From: Mobula hypostoma
Taxonomy: Eukaryota
Reading direction: 5' to 3'
Assembly: GCF_963921235.1 (NCBI RefSeq)
Contig: NC_086097.1
Coordinates: 221,342,001-221,406,000 of the forward strand
Length of the DNA: 64,000 bases
Part shown: positions 1-12,247 of the stretch, one piece after another
How positions within the stretch are numbered: position 1 is the first letter of the stretch
How the letters are laid out: every line of letters begins with the position of its first letter
The notes under the pieces: model-generated
The model's input: the letters and a program-made list of their open reading frames with translations, nothing else
The model's database searches: none
Told to the model about the DNA's origin: nothing
Made by a program: the position numbers and the translations under genes

Positions 1-909
1 TACTGCAGATGCTGGAAATTCAAGCAACACACATCAAAGTTGCTGGTGAACGCAGCAGGCCAGGCAGCATCTCTAGGAAGAGGTACAGTCGACGTCCCCA
101 CTGATCTCCCTCCTGGCACTTATCCTTGTAAGCGGAACAAGTGCTACACATCCCCTTACACTTCCTCCCTTACCACCGTTCAGGGCCCCAGAGAGTCCTT
201 CCAGGTGAGGCGACACTTCACTTGTGAGTCGGCTGGGGTGATATACTGCGTCCGGTGCTCCCGATGTGGCCTTCTATATATTGGCGAGACCGCTTTGCTG
301 AACACCTACACTCTGTCCACCAGAGAAAGCAGGATTTCCCAGTGGCCACACATTTTAATTCCACATCCCATTCCCATTCTGACATGTCTATCCACGGCCT
401 CCTCTACTGTAAAGATGAAGCCACACTCAGGTTGGAGGAACAACACCTTATATTCCATCTGGGTAGCCTCCAACCTGATGGCATGAACATCGACTTCTCT
501 AACTTCCGCTAATGCCCCACCTCCCGCTTGTACCCCATCCGTTATTTATTTTTATACACACATTCTTTCTCTCACTCTCCTTTTTCTCCCTCTGTCCCTC
601 TGACTATACCCCTTGCCCATCCTCTGGGTTCCCCCCCCCTTGTCTTTCTCCCCGGACCTCCTGTCCCATGATCCTCTCATATCCCCTTTGCCAATCACCT
701 GACCAGTTCTTGGCTCCATCCCTCCCCCTCCTGTCTTCTCCTATCATTTTTGATCTCCACTTCCCCCTCCCACTTTCAAATCTCTTACTCACTCATCCTT
801 CAGTTAGTCCTGACGAAGAGTCTCGGCCTGAAACGTCGACTGTACCTCTTCCTAGAGATGCTGCCTGGCCTGCTGCGTTCACCAGCAACTTTGATGTGTG
901 TTGCTTGAA
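1..909 (+). mobile_element. 5'-truncated Penelope-like element (Neptune-like): inverted pLTR part, GIY-YIG endonuclease remnant and 3' pLTR with hammerhead
   Basis: ORFs 40..486 and 255..512 give PGTYPCKRNKC...FTCESAGVIYCVRCSRCGLLYIGET / FAEH...HFN...EQHLI..LGSLQPDGMN. A 19-nt deletion relative to the 33.9 kb copy causes a frameshift. Most of 1-95 is the reverse complement of 833-909. The left end runs off the window. Confidence 0.9.
806..841 (+). ncRNA. Minimal type I hammerhead ribozyme motif
   Basis: AGTC CTGACGA AGAGTCTCGGCCT GAAAC GTC GACT: core CUGANGA and GAAA, GUC triplet, helix I AGUC/GACU, loopless palindromic helix III (ACGU). Confidence 0.75.
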
Positions 910-1187
910 AGTCTGAATTGACCAGGTAGATCTGGTTGCTGGACCTATGAAGCAGAAGGTCTACCAGTTCCATCACTGTGGAACACATGGTAAATGCAAT
1001 CACTGCCCTTTGCACAATCCAACCAAGAGATTATTGACCTGTTGGGTTTTTCCAGCATTTTCTGTTTCTATTTCAGATAATCAACATTTCCTTAAGTTGA
1101 CACAAATAACATGACAAGAGATCTAGTATTAACCCCACAAATTCAGGCCTAATTTTATAGAGCATATAATAGTATGCTTCCTATATA

Positions 1188-1751
1188 CAGTTAGTGGCCA
1201 CGTTATTAGGTACAAGAGGTATCTAATAAATTGGCCACTGAGTGTTTGTTCGTGGTTATCTGCTGCTACAGCCCATCCACTTCAAGGCTTGACGTGTTGT
1301 GCATCCAGAGAAGCTCTTCTGTTTTAACATGTGGTTGAATTACTGTGACCTTCCTGTCAGCTTGAAGTAGTCAGGCCGTTTTCCTTTGACCTCTCTCGTT
1401 AACAAGACAGGTGTGTTTTCTCCCATAGAACTGCCGCTCATTAAATTTTTTTTGTTTTTCGTACCGTTCTCTGTAAATACTAGAGGCTGTTGTGCATGAA
1501 AATCTCAGGAGATCCAGTAGTTTCTGAGATTCGCAAACCATCCCGTCTGGCACCAACAATCATTCCACGGTCAAAGGCAGTCTGATTACATTTCTTCCCC
1601 ATTCTGATGTTTGGTTTGAACAACAACAGAACCTCTTGACCATGTCTGCATGCTTTTATGCATTGAGTTGCTGACATATGATTGGCTGATGAGATATTTG
1701 CATTAAAGAGCAGGTGTTCATCATGCATCTCGAATAAAGAGGCCACTGAAT
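1188..1751. mobile_element. Non-autonomous Tc1-like element
   Basis: Inverted termini (c)agtggccactttatt..., TA flanks, remnant KCNQTAFDRGMIVGARR (Tc1 transposase N-terminus) on the minus strand. Same family at 31.7 kb and 37.5 kb. Confidence 0.75.
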
Positions 1752-2644
1752 ATATGTGGCATCTTTTCTGCCTGCCTCATTTTCTCTCTCCTGTCAAGTG
1801 CTCATAATTTTTTGTATCACTAACATGTACTCAGAAAAACAGCAAAGATCTGAGAGGTGTTGATGTGGGTTATCAAAATGGTTACAGCTAGATTTTTCTA
1901 TTTCCTTAATTCAAAGAAGAGAAAATGAGGCAGGATATATAACAGGTTTTTGATTTGATGCCACCTGATTGGCACCACTTGCTAAATTTAATCGTTTTGA
2001 AATAATTTAATTATGCAGTTATGACTGCTGTAGATGGAGCATGGTGTAAGCCAGGAGCCAAGGTTTAGAAATGGCAGGCAGCTGAACAAATAGCGAGATT
2101 TAATTGTTAAACTTTTTATATACCAAACCATTAAATTAAAAAAAAAATTGCTTGAGTGTTTGCTTGTGATCTAAGGTTTTCTTTCATGTTTGTATGTGCT
2201 TTATTTATTTAACCAGCTATACCGGTATGTATAATTCTACACAGAGAGAGTATAAACACATTTAGTTATACAGCTGCAGGATAAGAAAAACATTGTACGG
2301 CCAATTTTTCAAACATACACTCCACTCAACACTCACATCTGGAAGCTGTAGTGGTACTCACCATGATTTTCACCCCACCAAATTCAACATGCAACATATC
2401 AGTTTTGTCTTTATCAGGAATGGCAAGTCCTCATGAAGAGTCTCGGCCCAAAACGTCGAGCCTTTTACCCCTTTCCATAGATGCTGTCTGACCTGTTGAG
2501 TTCCTCCAGCATTTTGTGTGTGTGTTGCTCTGGATTTCCGGCATCTGCAAAATCTTTTGTGTTTAAAATAACTGCCAGTGTATTTTGACATCTGGATAGG
2601 TTTACAAGATCCCACCAGTGGCAATGTCTTTGATTTTATTTATT

Positions 2645-2888
2645 TTTATTTAGAGATACAGAATGGTAATAAGCCCTACCTACCCAAAGAGTGCACGCCG
2701 CCCAATTGTATCAACATAACCAATTATCCTGCTAACCCATCTGTACATCTTTGGGATATGTATGGAAACCGGAGTTCCTGGAGGAAACCCACACAGTCAG
2801 GAGGAGAATGCTTTCAGGCACGGGCAGGAACTGAACCTGGGTCGTTGGCACTGTAACAACTTTACACAAACCACTATGCTACCATGTC
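2645..2888 (-). mobile_element. tRNA-derived V-SINE (HE1-like), old copy
   Basis: Reverse complement of the V-SINE core (gtgggtttcctcc...tccggtttcc...ccaaagatgt) with a tRNA-like head. Confidence 0.65.
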
Positions 2889-4319
2889 ACTGAGAAAGCT
2901 ATCATATGGGTACAGTTTGCTCTCTCTGGGTAAATCCCTTGTACTCATTTCACCTTTAAATACCCTCTCCATGAACAGAGATTGCAGCATTTAATTTAGT
3001 TTATGCGATAGCACGGGCGATCGTACCATTGTCTCAAAAGTTAGTGCCCACCACTGAAGTGTGGGGTTTTCAGTCTGTAAACTGCTTGTCACCTTTCCTC
3101 GAATTTCAGCTGAGACAGGTCTTCAACAAAAGTGTCTCATTGTACGTTGAGCACCCCAGGGCCTCAGACGGTGCTATGAGAATGCAGATATTTCTTTCTT
3201 TCAAGTTTGAAAGGGCCGGTCCACACTTTTGTATCCATGGTTGGTCTTCTAAAAGGAACTGCCTCATGAGAGTTTCCACTCTCCAGTTAATTGCGCTGCA
3301 GACCAAGCTCTCTGGGGAAACATTTCACATTCCAGTTGTCTATTCAAATTAATGGAAGGATCTGTGTTGGAAAATCTGATGCAGTTGCCTGCTGAGTTGC
3401 CAGTGCAAGCCGGCCCGTGTTACAGTTCAGCTGCCGTGTCAGGGCTGCACCAGTTACAGGAGAAAATGGACCCAACACAACAGTCATTTAGCTGCAAAGA
3501 ACATCGGAATTTTTGCTTTATAGCCATATTAGATTTTTTTGCAATTTATTTTAAAAATCATTTTGAGTAGAGGAACGCACTGCAAATAAGAAATAGTCCT
3601 CATCTGCACAATTGACTGAAAGAGAGAAAATAAATGGATCAGTGTAATGCTGATAGTTCCTGTGTTGTACAGCGTGGGTCGGAGAAAAATGTTGAAAGTG
3701 AAAGAGTGACGTGCACAATAGTTTGATGTCTACTGAGAGAGTTATAAACCGGTGTATTCAACATTAGACCTTAGCTTCCTGCCGCTGGAGTTCAGAAGCT
3801 GAGAGGAAGTGGATTAGACTCATTAAAGAGGTGTGGACAGGCCCCTAGTAAGAAAAGAAAATCAATCAGAAAATTGAGAGCCTTGCTACAAGAGGAAAAA
3901 TAAAATCCGTGCGATGGTAAGATGTCAGCAGGAGAGGAGGACAAGAAAGGTCAGTGCATGTGAGAAGCAAAACAGGTGAGGCAGAACGACGTCCTGGGAG
4001 CAAGTGGATAAGTACACATTCTTTGTCATAAATAATTTGAGAAATTTCAGTTTTTCAGCTGTTAAAAAACATAATAAACCTAACCCATCAAACATCGGAA
4101 GTTTGCATTTGTTTTTTAAAATCAGCAATTCAACTTATTCCCATTTTTAGAATCATAGACAATGCAAAAGAAATCTAACAATTTTTTATCTTAGAATCAT
4201 AGAATCAAAGAATAATACAGGAATGGATAGTGGTCCTTCAGCCCAGCTTGTTCATGCTGTTGATATAGATATGGATAGGTTAAGTGAATGGGCAAAAGTC
4301 TGCCAGATGGAGTACAACA

Positions 4320-6333
4320 CTGCGTCATTACAAGGAAGTCGTGACAGCTTTCTTAGAAGTTTGCATAGATTGCTTCGAATCAGTGGACTGGGCCGTGCAG
4401 CAGAGGATCTGAACTAATATGCCACAGTTGTCACAGACTTTACAAAGTTAGTCACGTACAAGTGTGTCCCCACTACACCACTCAGAGCCTTCCCCAACCA
4501 GACGCCCTGAATAAACTGAAGGATCCACAATCCGCTGAGGGCCAGATCAGTGACATTTAGGTCTGTTGACCAAGTAAAATACAAGAGGTCCAGCTACAGC
4601 CTCCGGAAAGCTACCTCACATCCGAAGTGGCAATTGCAGACCAAACCTGAATCACAGAAAGACGCTTGACACATGTGGCAGGGCTTGAATACCACCACCT
4701 CTCACAAAATAAAATCAAGCGATACATGTGACAAGAAGTTTCAGTCCCAGATGACTTTTATGTTCACTTTGACCAGCAAAACATGGAGGCAACTTCATGA
4801 ACTCACATAGCCCCTGATGACCCTGTGATTTCAGTGTCTTAGGCCAACATGAGAGCATCCTTCTGGAGGGTGAACCCACAGAAAGCAACTGGCCCAAATG
4901 AGTACCTGTACTGACAATCTGTGCCAATCAACTGGCTGGAGTGCTTGTTAATATCTTTAACCTCTCGCTTCAGCAGGCTGAGGTACCTGCCTGCTTCATG
5001 CAGGCATCAATTATACTGATGCCGAAGAAGAACTTGATAATCTGCTTCATTGACAATCGTCCAGTAGCACTGACATCCAGTGGGATAAATTGCTTTGAGA
5101 GATTGGTGATGAAACATATCACCTCCTGCCTGAGGTGCAACTTGGATCCATTCCAGTTTACTTACTGTCTCAACTGGTCAACAGCAGATGCCATTTCATT
5201 GGCTCTTCACTCTGCCCTGGAACATCTGGACAATGAAGATGCATACAACTGGATGCTCCTTATTGACTACACTTCTGCATATTTACGTCACTGTCATCTG
5301 CTCAAAGCTAATAAATAAGCCCCAAACCCTAGGCCTCAATATCTCCTTGTGCAACGGGTTCCTCGATTTCCTCCCTTGCAGACCTCAGTCAATGTGGATT
5401 GGCAATAGCATCTCCTCCACAATCGTCATCAGCAAAGGTGCAGCACAAGGCTGTGTGCTTATCCCCTGCTCTACTCTTTTAATACTTATGACCGTGAGGT
5501 TAAGCACAGCTCCAGTGCCATATTTAAATTTTCTGATGACACCATAATTGTTGGCTAAATCAAAGGTGGTGATGAATCGACATATAAGTGGGAGATTGAA
5601 AATCTGGCTGAACGGTGCTTCGACAGCAACCTCTCACTTTGGTCGGCAAAACCTAAGAGATGATTGTTGATTACAGGAGGAGGAATCTGAAGGTCCACGA
5701 ACCAGAGCTCATCATGGGATCAGAGGTGGAGAGGGTCAGCAACTTTAAATTCCTCGGTGTTATCATTTTAGAGGATCTGTCCTGGTTCCAGCGTGTGAGT
5801 GTCATTACAAGGAAGGCATGGCAGCACCTCTACTTTCTTAAAAGTTTGCAAAGATTTGGTACATCAACTAAAACTTCGACAAACTTCCATAGATGCTTGG
5901 CGGTGAGTATACGGACTGCTTGTGTCATGGCCTGATATGGAAACACCAATGCCCTTGAATGGAAAAGCTGACAAAAGGTAATGGATACAGCCCAGTTCAT
6001 CACAGATAAAGTCCTCCCCACCATTGAGCAGAAGTACACATAGCACAATCACAGGAAAGCATCATCTATCATAAAGAGCCCCATCATCCGGGCTATGCTT
6101 TCTTCTCGTTACTGCCATCAGGAAGGAGATGCAGAAGCCTCAAATCCCATACCACCAGGTTCAAGAAGAGTCTATACCCCTCAGTCAGCAAGCTCCTGAA
6201 CCAAGGGGGATAACTTCACTCATCTTCACTCATCCCAACACTGAACAAGTTCCACAACCTATGGATTCACTTTCAAGGACTTTTCAATTCATGTCCTCAA
6301 CATTTATTGCTTAGTTATCTGTTTATGTATCTA

Positions 6334-6376
<43 letters not shown>

Positions 6377-6551
6377 ATTTATTTATTTTTTGTATTTGCA
6401 CTTGCTTGTTTGTCTGTCTTTGTTATGTACAGATTTCATTGATTCTATTGTGTCTCTTTGCATGTACTGTCCATGCCCACAAGAAAATGAAACTCAGGGT
6501 AGTACATGGTGACATATATGTACCTTGATAATAAATTTACTTTGAACTTTG
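4320..6551 (+). mobile_element. Degenerate Rex-Babar-type LINE (RT region and 3' UTR) inserted in an old CR1 remnant
   Basis: Broken ORFs VPACF..IILMPKK...RPVALTS...CFERLVM...LDPFQF...[31 protein letters not shown]...KAWQHLYFL. (TTTGAAC)n-like tail. CR1-like sequence on both sides (about 4258-4320 and 6552-6700). Confidence 0.8.
6338..6375. repeat. (TG)n microsatellite, with an inverted (CA)n copy at about 6781-6823
   Basis: Seen directly. Confidence 0.95.
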
Positions 6552-6779
6552 GAAAGGAAAGTTGAAGATCAGATGATTATTTAAGTAGTGAAAGATTGCA
6601 GCCTGCTAATGTGCTTCACAAAAGTTTGATTTGCAGCTGCAACAGGTTGTCAGGAAGGCAAGCGGAATGTTGGCTTTCATTGCTAGAGGAATTGAATTTT
6701 AAGACACAATAGAATCAATGAAAACCGTACATAACAAAGACAGACAAACAACCAAGTGCAAATACAAAAATAAATAAAT

Positions 6780-6826
<47 letters not shown>

Positions 6827-6837
6827 TACATAATACA

Positions 6838-7394
6838 CGATGCTGTCTAAGTTGCATGCCATCTTGGACAATGTCTCCCATCCACTACATAATGTACTGG
6901 GTGGGCACAGGAGTACATTCAGCCAGAGACTCATTCCACCGAGATGCAACACAGAGCGTCATAGGAAGTCATTCCTGCCTGTGGCCATCAAACTTTACAA
7001 CTCCTCCCTTGGAGGGTCAGACACCCTGAGCCAATAGGCTGGTCCTGGACTTATTTCCTGGTATAATTTACATATTACTATTTAACTATTTATGATTTTA
7101 TTACTATTTAATTATTTATGGTGCAACTGTAAGAAAAACCAGTTTCCCCCCTGATCAATGAAGTATGACTATGACTATGACTATGACTGTGACTATGACT
7201 ATGACTATGATTGTGACTGTGACTGTGACTATGATTGTGACTGTGACTGTGACTATGACTGTGACTGTGACTGTGACTGTGACTGTGACTATGACTATGA
7301 TTATGACTATGACTATGACTGTGACTGTGACTGTGACTGTGACTGTGACTGTGACTGTGACTATGACTATGATTATGACTATGACTATGACTAT
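6838..7394 (+). mobile_element. LINE 3' fragment (Rex-Babar/L2-like) with an expanded (GACTAT/GACTGT)n tail
   Basis: ORF end ILDNVSHPLH...RCNTERHRKSFLPVAIKLYN, a 3' UTR, then a hexamer array at about 7164-7394. Confidence 0.8.
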
Positions 7395-7679
7395 GCTTGT
7401 AAATCTTCTGTGCACTTTTTTTTCATTTTAATGATATCGTTTCTGTAACAAGATGACAAGATCTACAAACTTAACAACCCACCTATCAGCAATTTCATGC
7501 AAGTCATTTCGATATATCACATACAGCAGAGCATCCTGTATAGAACCCTGGGCAGTACCACTAATCATGAATCCAATCAGAAGAAGAACCATCAACCACG
7601 ACCCTCTGTCTTTGCTGGTTAAGTTAACTCTGAATCCAAAGGCCAACTTACTGTGGATCCCCTGCATCTTAATCTTCTG

Positions 7680-7820
7680 TAACACACACAAAGTAAGCAG
7701 GCCAGGCAGCATCTATGGAAAAAAATACAGTTGACATTTCGGGCCAAGACCCTGGCCTGCTGAGTTACTCCAGCATTTTGCGTGTGTTGCTTGGATTTCC
7801 AGCATTTTCTCTTGTTTCTG
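7680..7820. mobile_element. Short fold-back Penelope pLTR derivative
   Basis: Inverted arms. TSD atcttaatcttctg (7666-7679) / atcttagtcttctg (7821-7834). Confidence 0.75.
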
Positions 7821-8243
7821 ATCTTAGTCTTCTGGATGAGACTACCAAGAGGGAGCTAGTCTTAATGTTGACCAAAATCCACTGCTCTGCCTTATGATCA
7901 TATTCATCACCTCCTCGAAAAACTCGAACAAGTTAATAAGAATTGTCTCTGCTGAAAGCCAAGACCATATCTATAACAAACTAAGGTGCAGACTGGTTTC
8001 CATACTCAAAAAGCCAATATTAATCCTTAGTCTATCAAAATCTTTAACTCACAATTTGTCCCTCTCCACCCACAGATGTGAGACTCACTGGTTTACAATT
8101 CCCAAAAATATCTCTATTTCTCTTCTTGAAATAGTCTTTTGTTGCATGTTGGTTTTTTTGTCAGTCTTTGTTTCTGTGTAGTTTTTCATTCATTCTAGTA
8201 TATTTCTGTGTTCCACTGTGAATACCCACAAGAAAATAAAGTT

Positions 8244-8778
8244 ACGCAACACACATCAAAGTTGCTGGTGAATGCAGCAGGCCAGGCAGCATCTCTAGGA
8301 AGAGGTACAGTTGACGTTTCAGGCCGAGACCCTTCGTCAGGACTAACTGAAGGAAGAGCTAGTAAGAGATTTGAAAGTGGGAAGGGGAGAGGGAGATCAA
8401 AAATGATAGGAGAAGACAGGAGGGGGAAGGATGGAGCCAAGAGCTGGACAGTTGATTGGCAAGAGGGATATGAGAGGATCATGGGACAGGAGGCCCAGGG
8501 AGAAGGAAAAGGGGGAGGGGGGGAAAACCCAGAGGATGGGCAAGGGGTATATTCAGAGGGACAGAAGGAGAAAAAGGAAAGAGAGAGAAAGAATGTGTGT
8601 ATATAAATAAATAACGGATGGGGTACGAGGGGGAGGTGGGGCATTAGCGGAAGTTAGAGAAGTCAATGTTCATGCCATCAGGTTGGAGGCTACCCAGATG
8701 GAATATAAGGCGTTCACCAGCAACTTTGATGTGTGTTGCTTGAATTTCCAGCATCTGCAGAATTCCTCGTGTTTACGT
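8244..8778 (-). mobile_element. Penelope-like element, short 3' fragment with inverted 5' arm; hammerhead motif at 8309-8344 (-)
   Basis: Highly similar to 440-905 in reverse. Perfect 14-bp TSD aagaaaataaagtt (8230-8243, 8779-8792). Inserted into a Rex-type LINE tail. Confidence 0.9.
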
Positions 8779-10358
8779 AAGAAAATAAAGTTCATGGTCG
8801 CATATGGTGACATATACGTAATTTGATAATAAATTTACTTTGAACTTTGAATAGAGGAGCAAATGTTTGTTGCTCCTGATGTGATGGCAAAGTTCAAAGT
8901 TTGGCCTTTAAGATTGAGAAGGAAAGTAGCTTACATCATCAAGGAACCCCACCATCCAGGCCATGCTCTCTTCTCACTGCTGCCATCAGGAAGGAGGTTC
9001 AGGAGCCTCATGTCCCTCACCACCAGGTTCAGGAAGGGTTATTACCCCTCTGGCTCTTGAACCAGAGAGGATAATTTTGCTAACCTTCACTCATCCTAAC
9101 ACTGAACTGATTTCACAAACTTTGGACTCACTTTCAACAACTCTACAACTTGTGTTCTTGATATCTTTTGCTTATTTATTATTATTGTTGTATTTATATT
9201 TTTTTCTCAGTTCAAACTGCTAAAAGCTGAGGTACAGGCATAGCAAAGCACACTTATTTCTCAATTGCTAGGAACTTTCAGACTACTCAAGTGCTGTTTA
9301 GTATTGTGGCTTTTTGGAGATCTACATAGATATTGCTCTGAAGGCCTAATTTCTTAATGCTGTTGTGTAGTGACTGGGATGATAGCAGTTGTAGGTATTG
9401 CTATTGGGATAATATATACCCTGTTAGAAGAATGGCAGGGGGTGGGGGATCTCACTGAAATCTATGAAATATTGAAAGGCCTAGATAGAGTGGATTTTGA
9501 GAGCAGGCCAAGTCACTGAGTTTGATAGGTTCTTGATTAATCGGGTCTTGAAAGGTTCTGTGTGTGTACTGTTCAGTAATTGCCTAAGGGAAGGTGTGTG
9601 AAGAATAGTATACTGTATATTGTCTGTTTAAAGGCCTAAAAGGGGGAGCAATAGTTTCCTGTACTACAAATTCCCAGCTCTAGTCTGCAACCAGGTACAC
9701 AAAGCTTCTTTTCACTCACACGAAATAAGCGGCGAGATGAAACATACCCACTGATGGTTAACAGATCTGTCCCTAAAGACCCTGTTTCTCAGAATACAGA
9801 GTTTGTTTACACTCACTGAAGCTTTTAGCATTTTCAGCATATGAGAGGATTTGGCCGATAGCCACAATGGTGATTACAATATTCCCAAACCAGAAATGTC
9901 AGCTCATTTTCTTTCTGACTGCCCATTGCAAATGACAGATACTGTCCCCTATATTCCTTGCAATACAAAGTCCAATCCTCATATAATGTACATTTGAATA
10001 AAATTGTATTATGAAGTTTAATTTTAAGGAAAAAATATAATGAATTCAAAATATTTTAACATAAAATAGAAGGATGAATAATTCCAAAGGATCAATTTAA
10101 AGAATTTTTGATCTAAAATGCAAATATTATTGCTATCCAGATATTTTTGCTACACATCTCTACATATGCAAGGATATCCAGTTTAATTATCTTCCTTGTT
10201 TTTGTATTCATTTTATACTTTCTATACGATTTTATAATTTTAATTCTCATAGTTCATGTAGTGAGAAGTTATGTTTACCTGTTTACCCTTGTGTTACTTA
10301 TTATCCCTGGCAACCTAATAACATCATTAACTAATGAAATTAAATTAGTTAATTTACA

Positions 10359-10594
10359 GTAACACACACAAAATGCTGGAGGAACTCAGCAGGCCAGGCA
10401 GCATCTATGGAAATGAGTAAACAGTTAATGTTTCGGGCTGAAACACTTCATCAGGATGAAGGGTTTCTGATCAAGGCTTTCAGCCGAAACGTCAACTGTT
10501 TACTCTTTTCCACAGATAGTCCGTGGCCTGCTGAGGTCCTCCAGCATTTTGTGTGTATTACTTTGATTTCCAGCATCTGCAGATTTTCTCTAGG
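10359..10594. mobile_element. Fold-back Penelope pLTR derivative with two degenerate hammerhead motifs back to back
   Basis: Inverted arms. Perfect 13-bp TSD tagttaatttaca (10346-10358, 10595-10607). Confidence 0.85.
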
Positions 10595-11185
10595 TAGTTA
10601 ATTTACACATTGCCTGTCATGCTGCTTTGAGAATGAGAAAATATGCCCAATTCTTTCTTTCAGTCTTCGGATATTTCAGCAATGTTAGTTATGTTAGGAA
10701 GTTCTAAGAAAATGAATTGTCTTGGGAGCAATCAAGACTTGGCATATTTGTAAAGGCTGCAGTGATGCTTTGTTGAATACTTCACCAATAATCATTGCTG
10801 TTTACTGTCCCCCCAGACATGTGTTCTACGTCCTTAGTAAATTCGTTCTCTGTACTCCCACACATTTCTTATTGTGTTTGTTTGCCAGCTCTGCACACCA
10901 GTTAAACGATTCAGTACATATATAGAAGATACTATATAATATGACAACCATCACTGACCAGTGAACTGAATTTGAATTGACTTTATTTCTTGCATCCTTC
11001 ACGTACTTGAGAAGTAAAAATCTTTATGTTACATCTCCATCTAAGTGTGCCTTGTGCAATCATAGTAACTTGTAATAATTTATAATAAATAGATCAGTTA
11101 ATGTAATATAGAGTACACTCTATTTTACATTGAAGTACAGTAAAGTGTGCCACATTGTCATTGTCTCTAAAGCATGTGTTGCCAC

Positions 11186-11490
11186 AGGGCGACACAGTAG
11201 TGTAGCGGTTAGCACAGCAGCTTTACAGTGCCAGTGATCACTGATCGGGGTTATATTCTGTGATCACGTGGGTTTCTCCAGGTGCTCCAATTTCTCTCCA
11301 CATTCCAAAGATGTATGGTTATGGTTAGGGTTAGGGTTAGCAAATTGTGGGCATGCTATGTTGGTGTTGGAAGCATGGCAACACTTGCAATCTATCCCCA
11401 GCACAATCCTCTCTGATTTGATTTGACACAAAATGATGCATTTCACTGCATGTTTCGGTGTACATGTAACAAACAAAGCTAATCTCTCTA
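11186..11490 (+). mobile_element. tRNA-derived V-SINE with an internal TTAGGG seed
   Basis: Head tagtgtagcggttagc, V-core gtgggtttctccaggtgctcc...cattccaaagatgt, then ggttagggttagggttag. Confidence 0.75.
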
Positions 11491-11935
11491 TTTTTCGCAC
11501 GTCTCTTCGATTTACTTCCTAAGTTTAATGCTTTGAAAGTAACAATCATACTAATTGGGAAATTGCAAATCAGCAGACTGACAATGTAAAATCAATCTTA
11601 GACTCATCGCTTCCCCATATTGTACTTACCACAGGTTTATTATACATTGTCTCATTGGATCGGGGTGCTTCTCCGATAGAGCATTACAAAACAAATTGTA
11701 AAGTTTTATAGCCTCAAAAGGTCTCGTATATTTCATTGCTTTGGATGTTTGTTTCAAATGCTCTCTGGCAAGGATAGTCTATGCTTCAACAACTCCAATG
11801 TAAACATAGAAAAAAGGTATAGGAGAAATAAGTTATATTCAATATAGTTAAAAGCAGCACATCCTGGACGTGTGGGGGTATTATTACCCCCCCACTGAAA
11901 ACTGAGTAATATTTTATTATAGATAATGCTTATAC

Positions 11936-12247
11936 ATGTGAGCACGTGGCCAAGTGGTTAAGACACTGGACTAGCGACCTGAGGGTTGTGAGTTCGAGCC
12001 CCAGCCGAGGCAACGTGTTGTGTCCTTGAGCAAGGCACTTAATCACACATTGCTCTGCGACGACACTGGTGCCAAGCTGTATGGGTCCTAATGCCCTTCC
12101 CTTGGACAACATTGGTGTTGTGAAGAGGGGAGACTTGCAGCATGGGCAACTGCTGGTCTTCCATATAACCTTGCCCAGGCCTGCGCCCTGGAGATTGAAG
12201 ACTTTCCAGGCGCAGATCCATGGTCTTGCAAGACTAACAGATGGCTT
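11936..12247 (+). mobile_element. tRNA-derived SINE, family 2 (CORE-like central motif)
   Basis: A box TGGCCAAGTGG, B box GTTCGAGCC, motif gtgtccttgagcaaggcactt. 12-bp TSD taatgcttatac (11924-11935, 12248-12259). Confidence 0.85.

Noticed and set aside
7155..7448. Low-complexity ORFs (DYDCDC, MTVTVT, IVTV)
   Set aside because: Translations of the hexamer array in a LINE tail.
11936..12010. tRNA gene
   Set aside because: The A and B boxes belong to a SINE head with body and TSD. No full cloverleaf.
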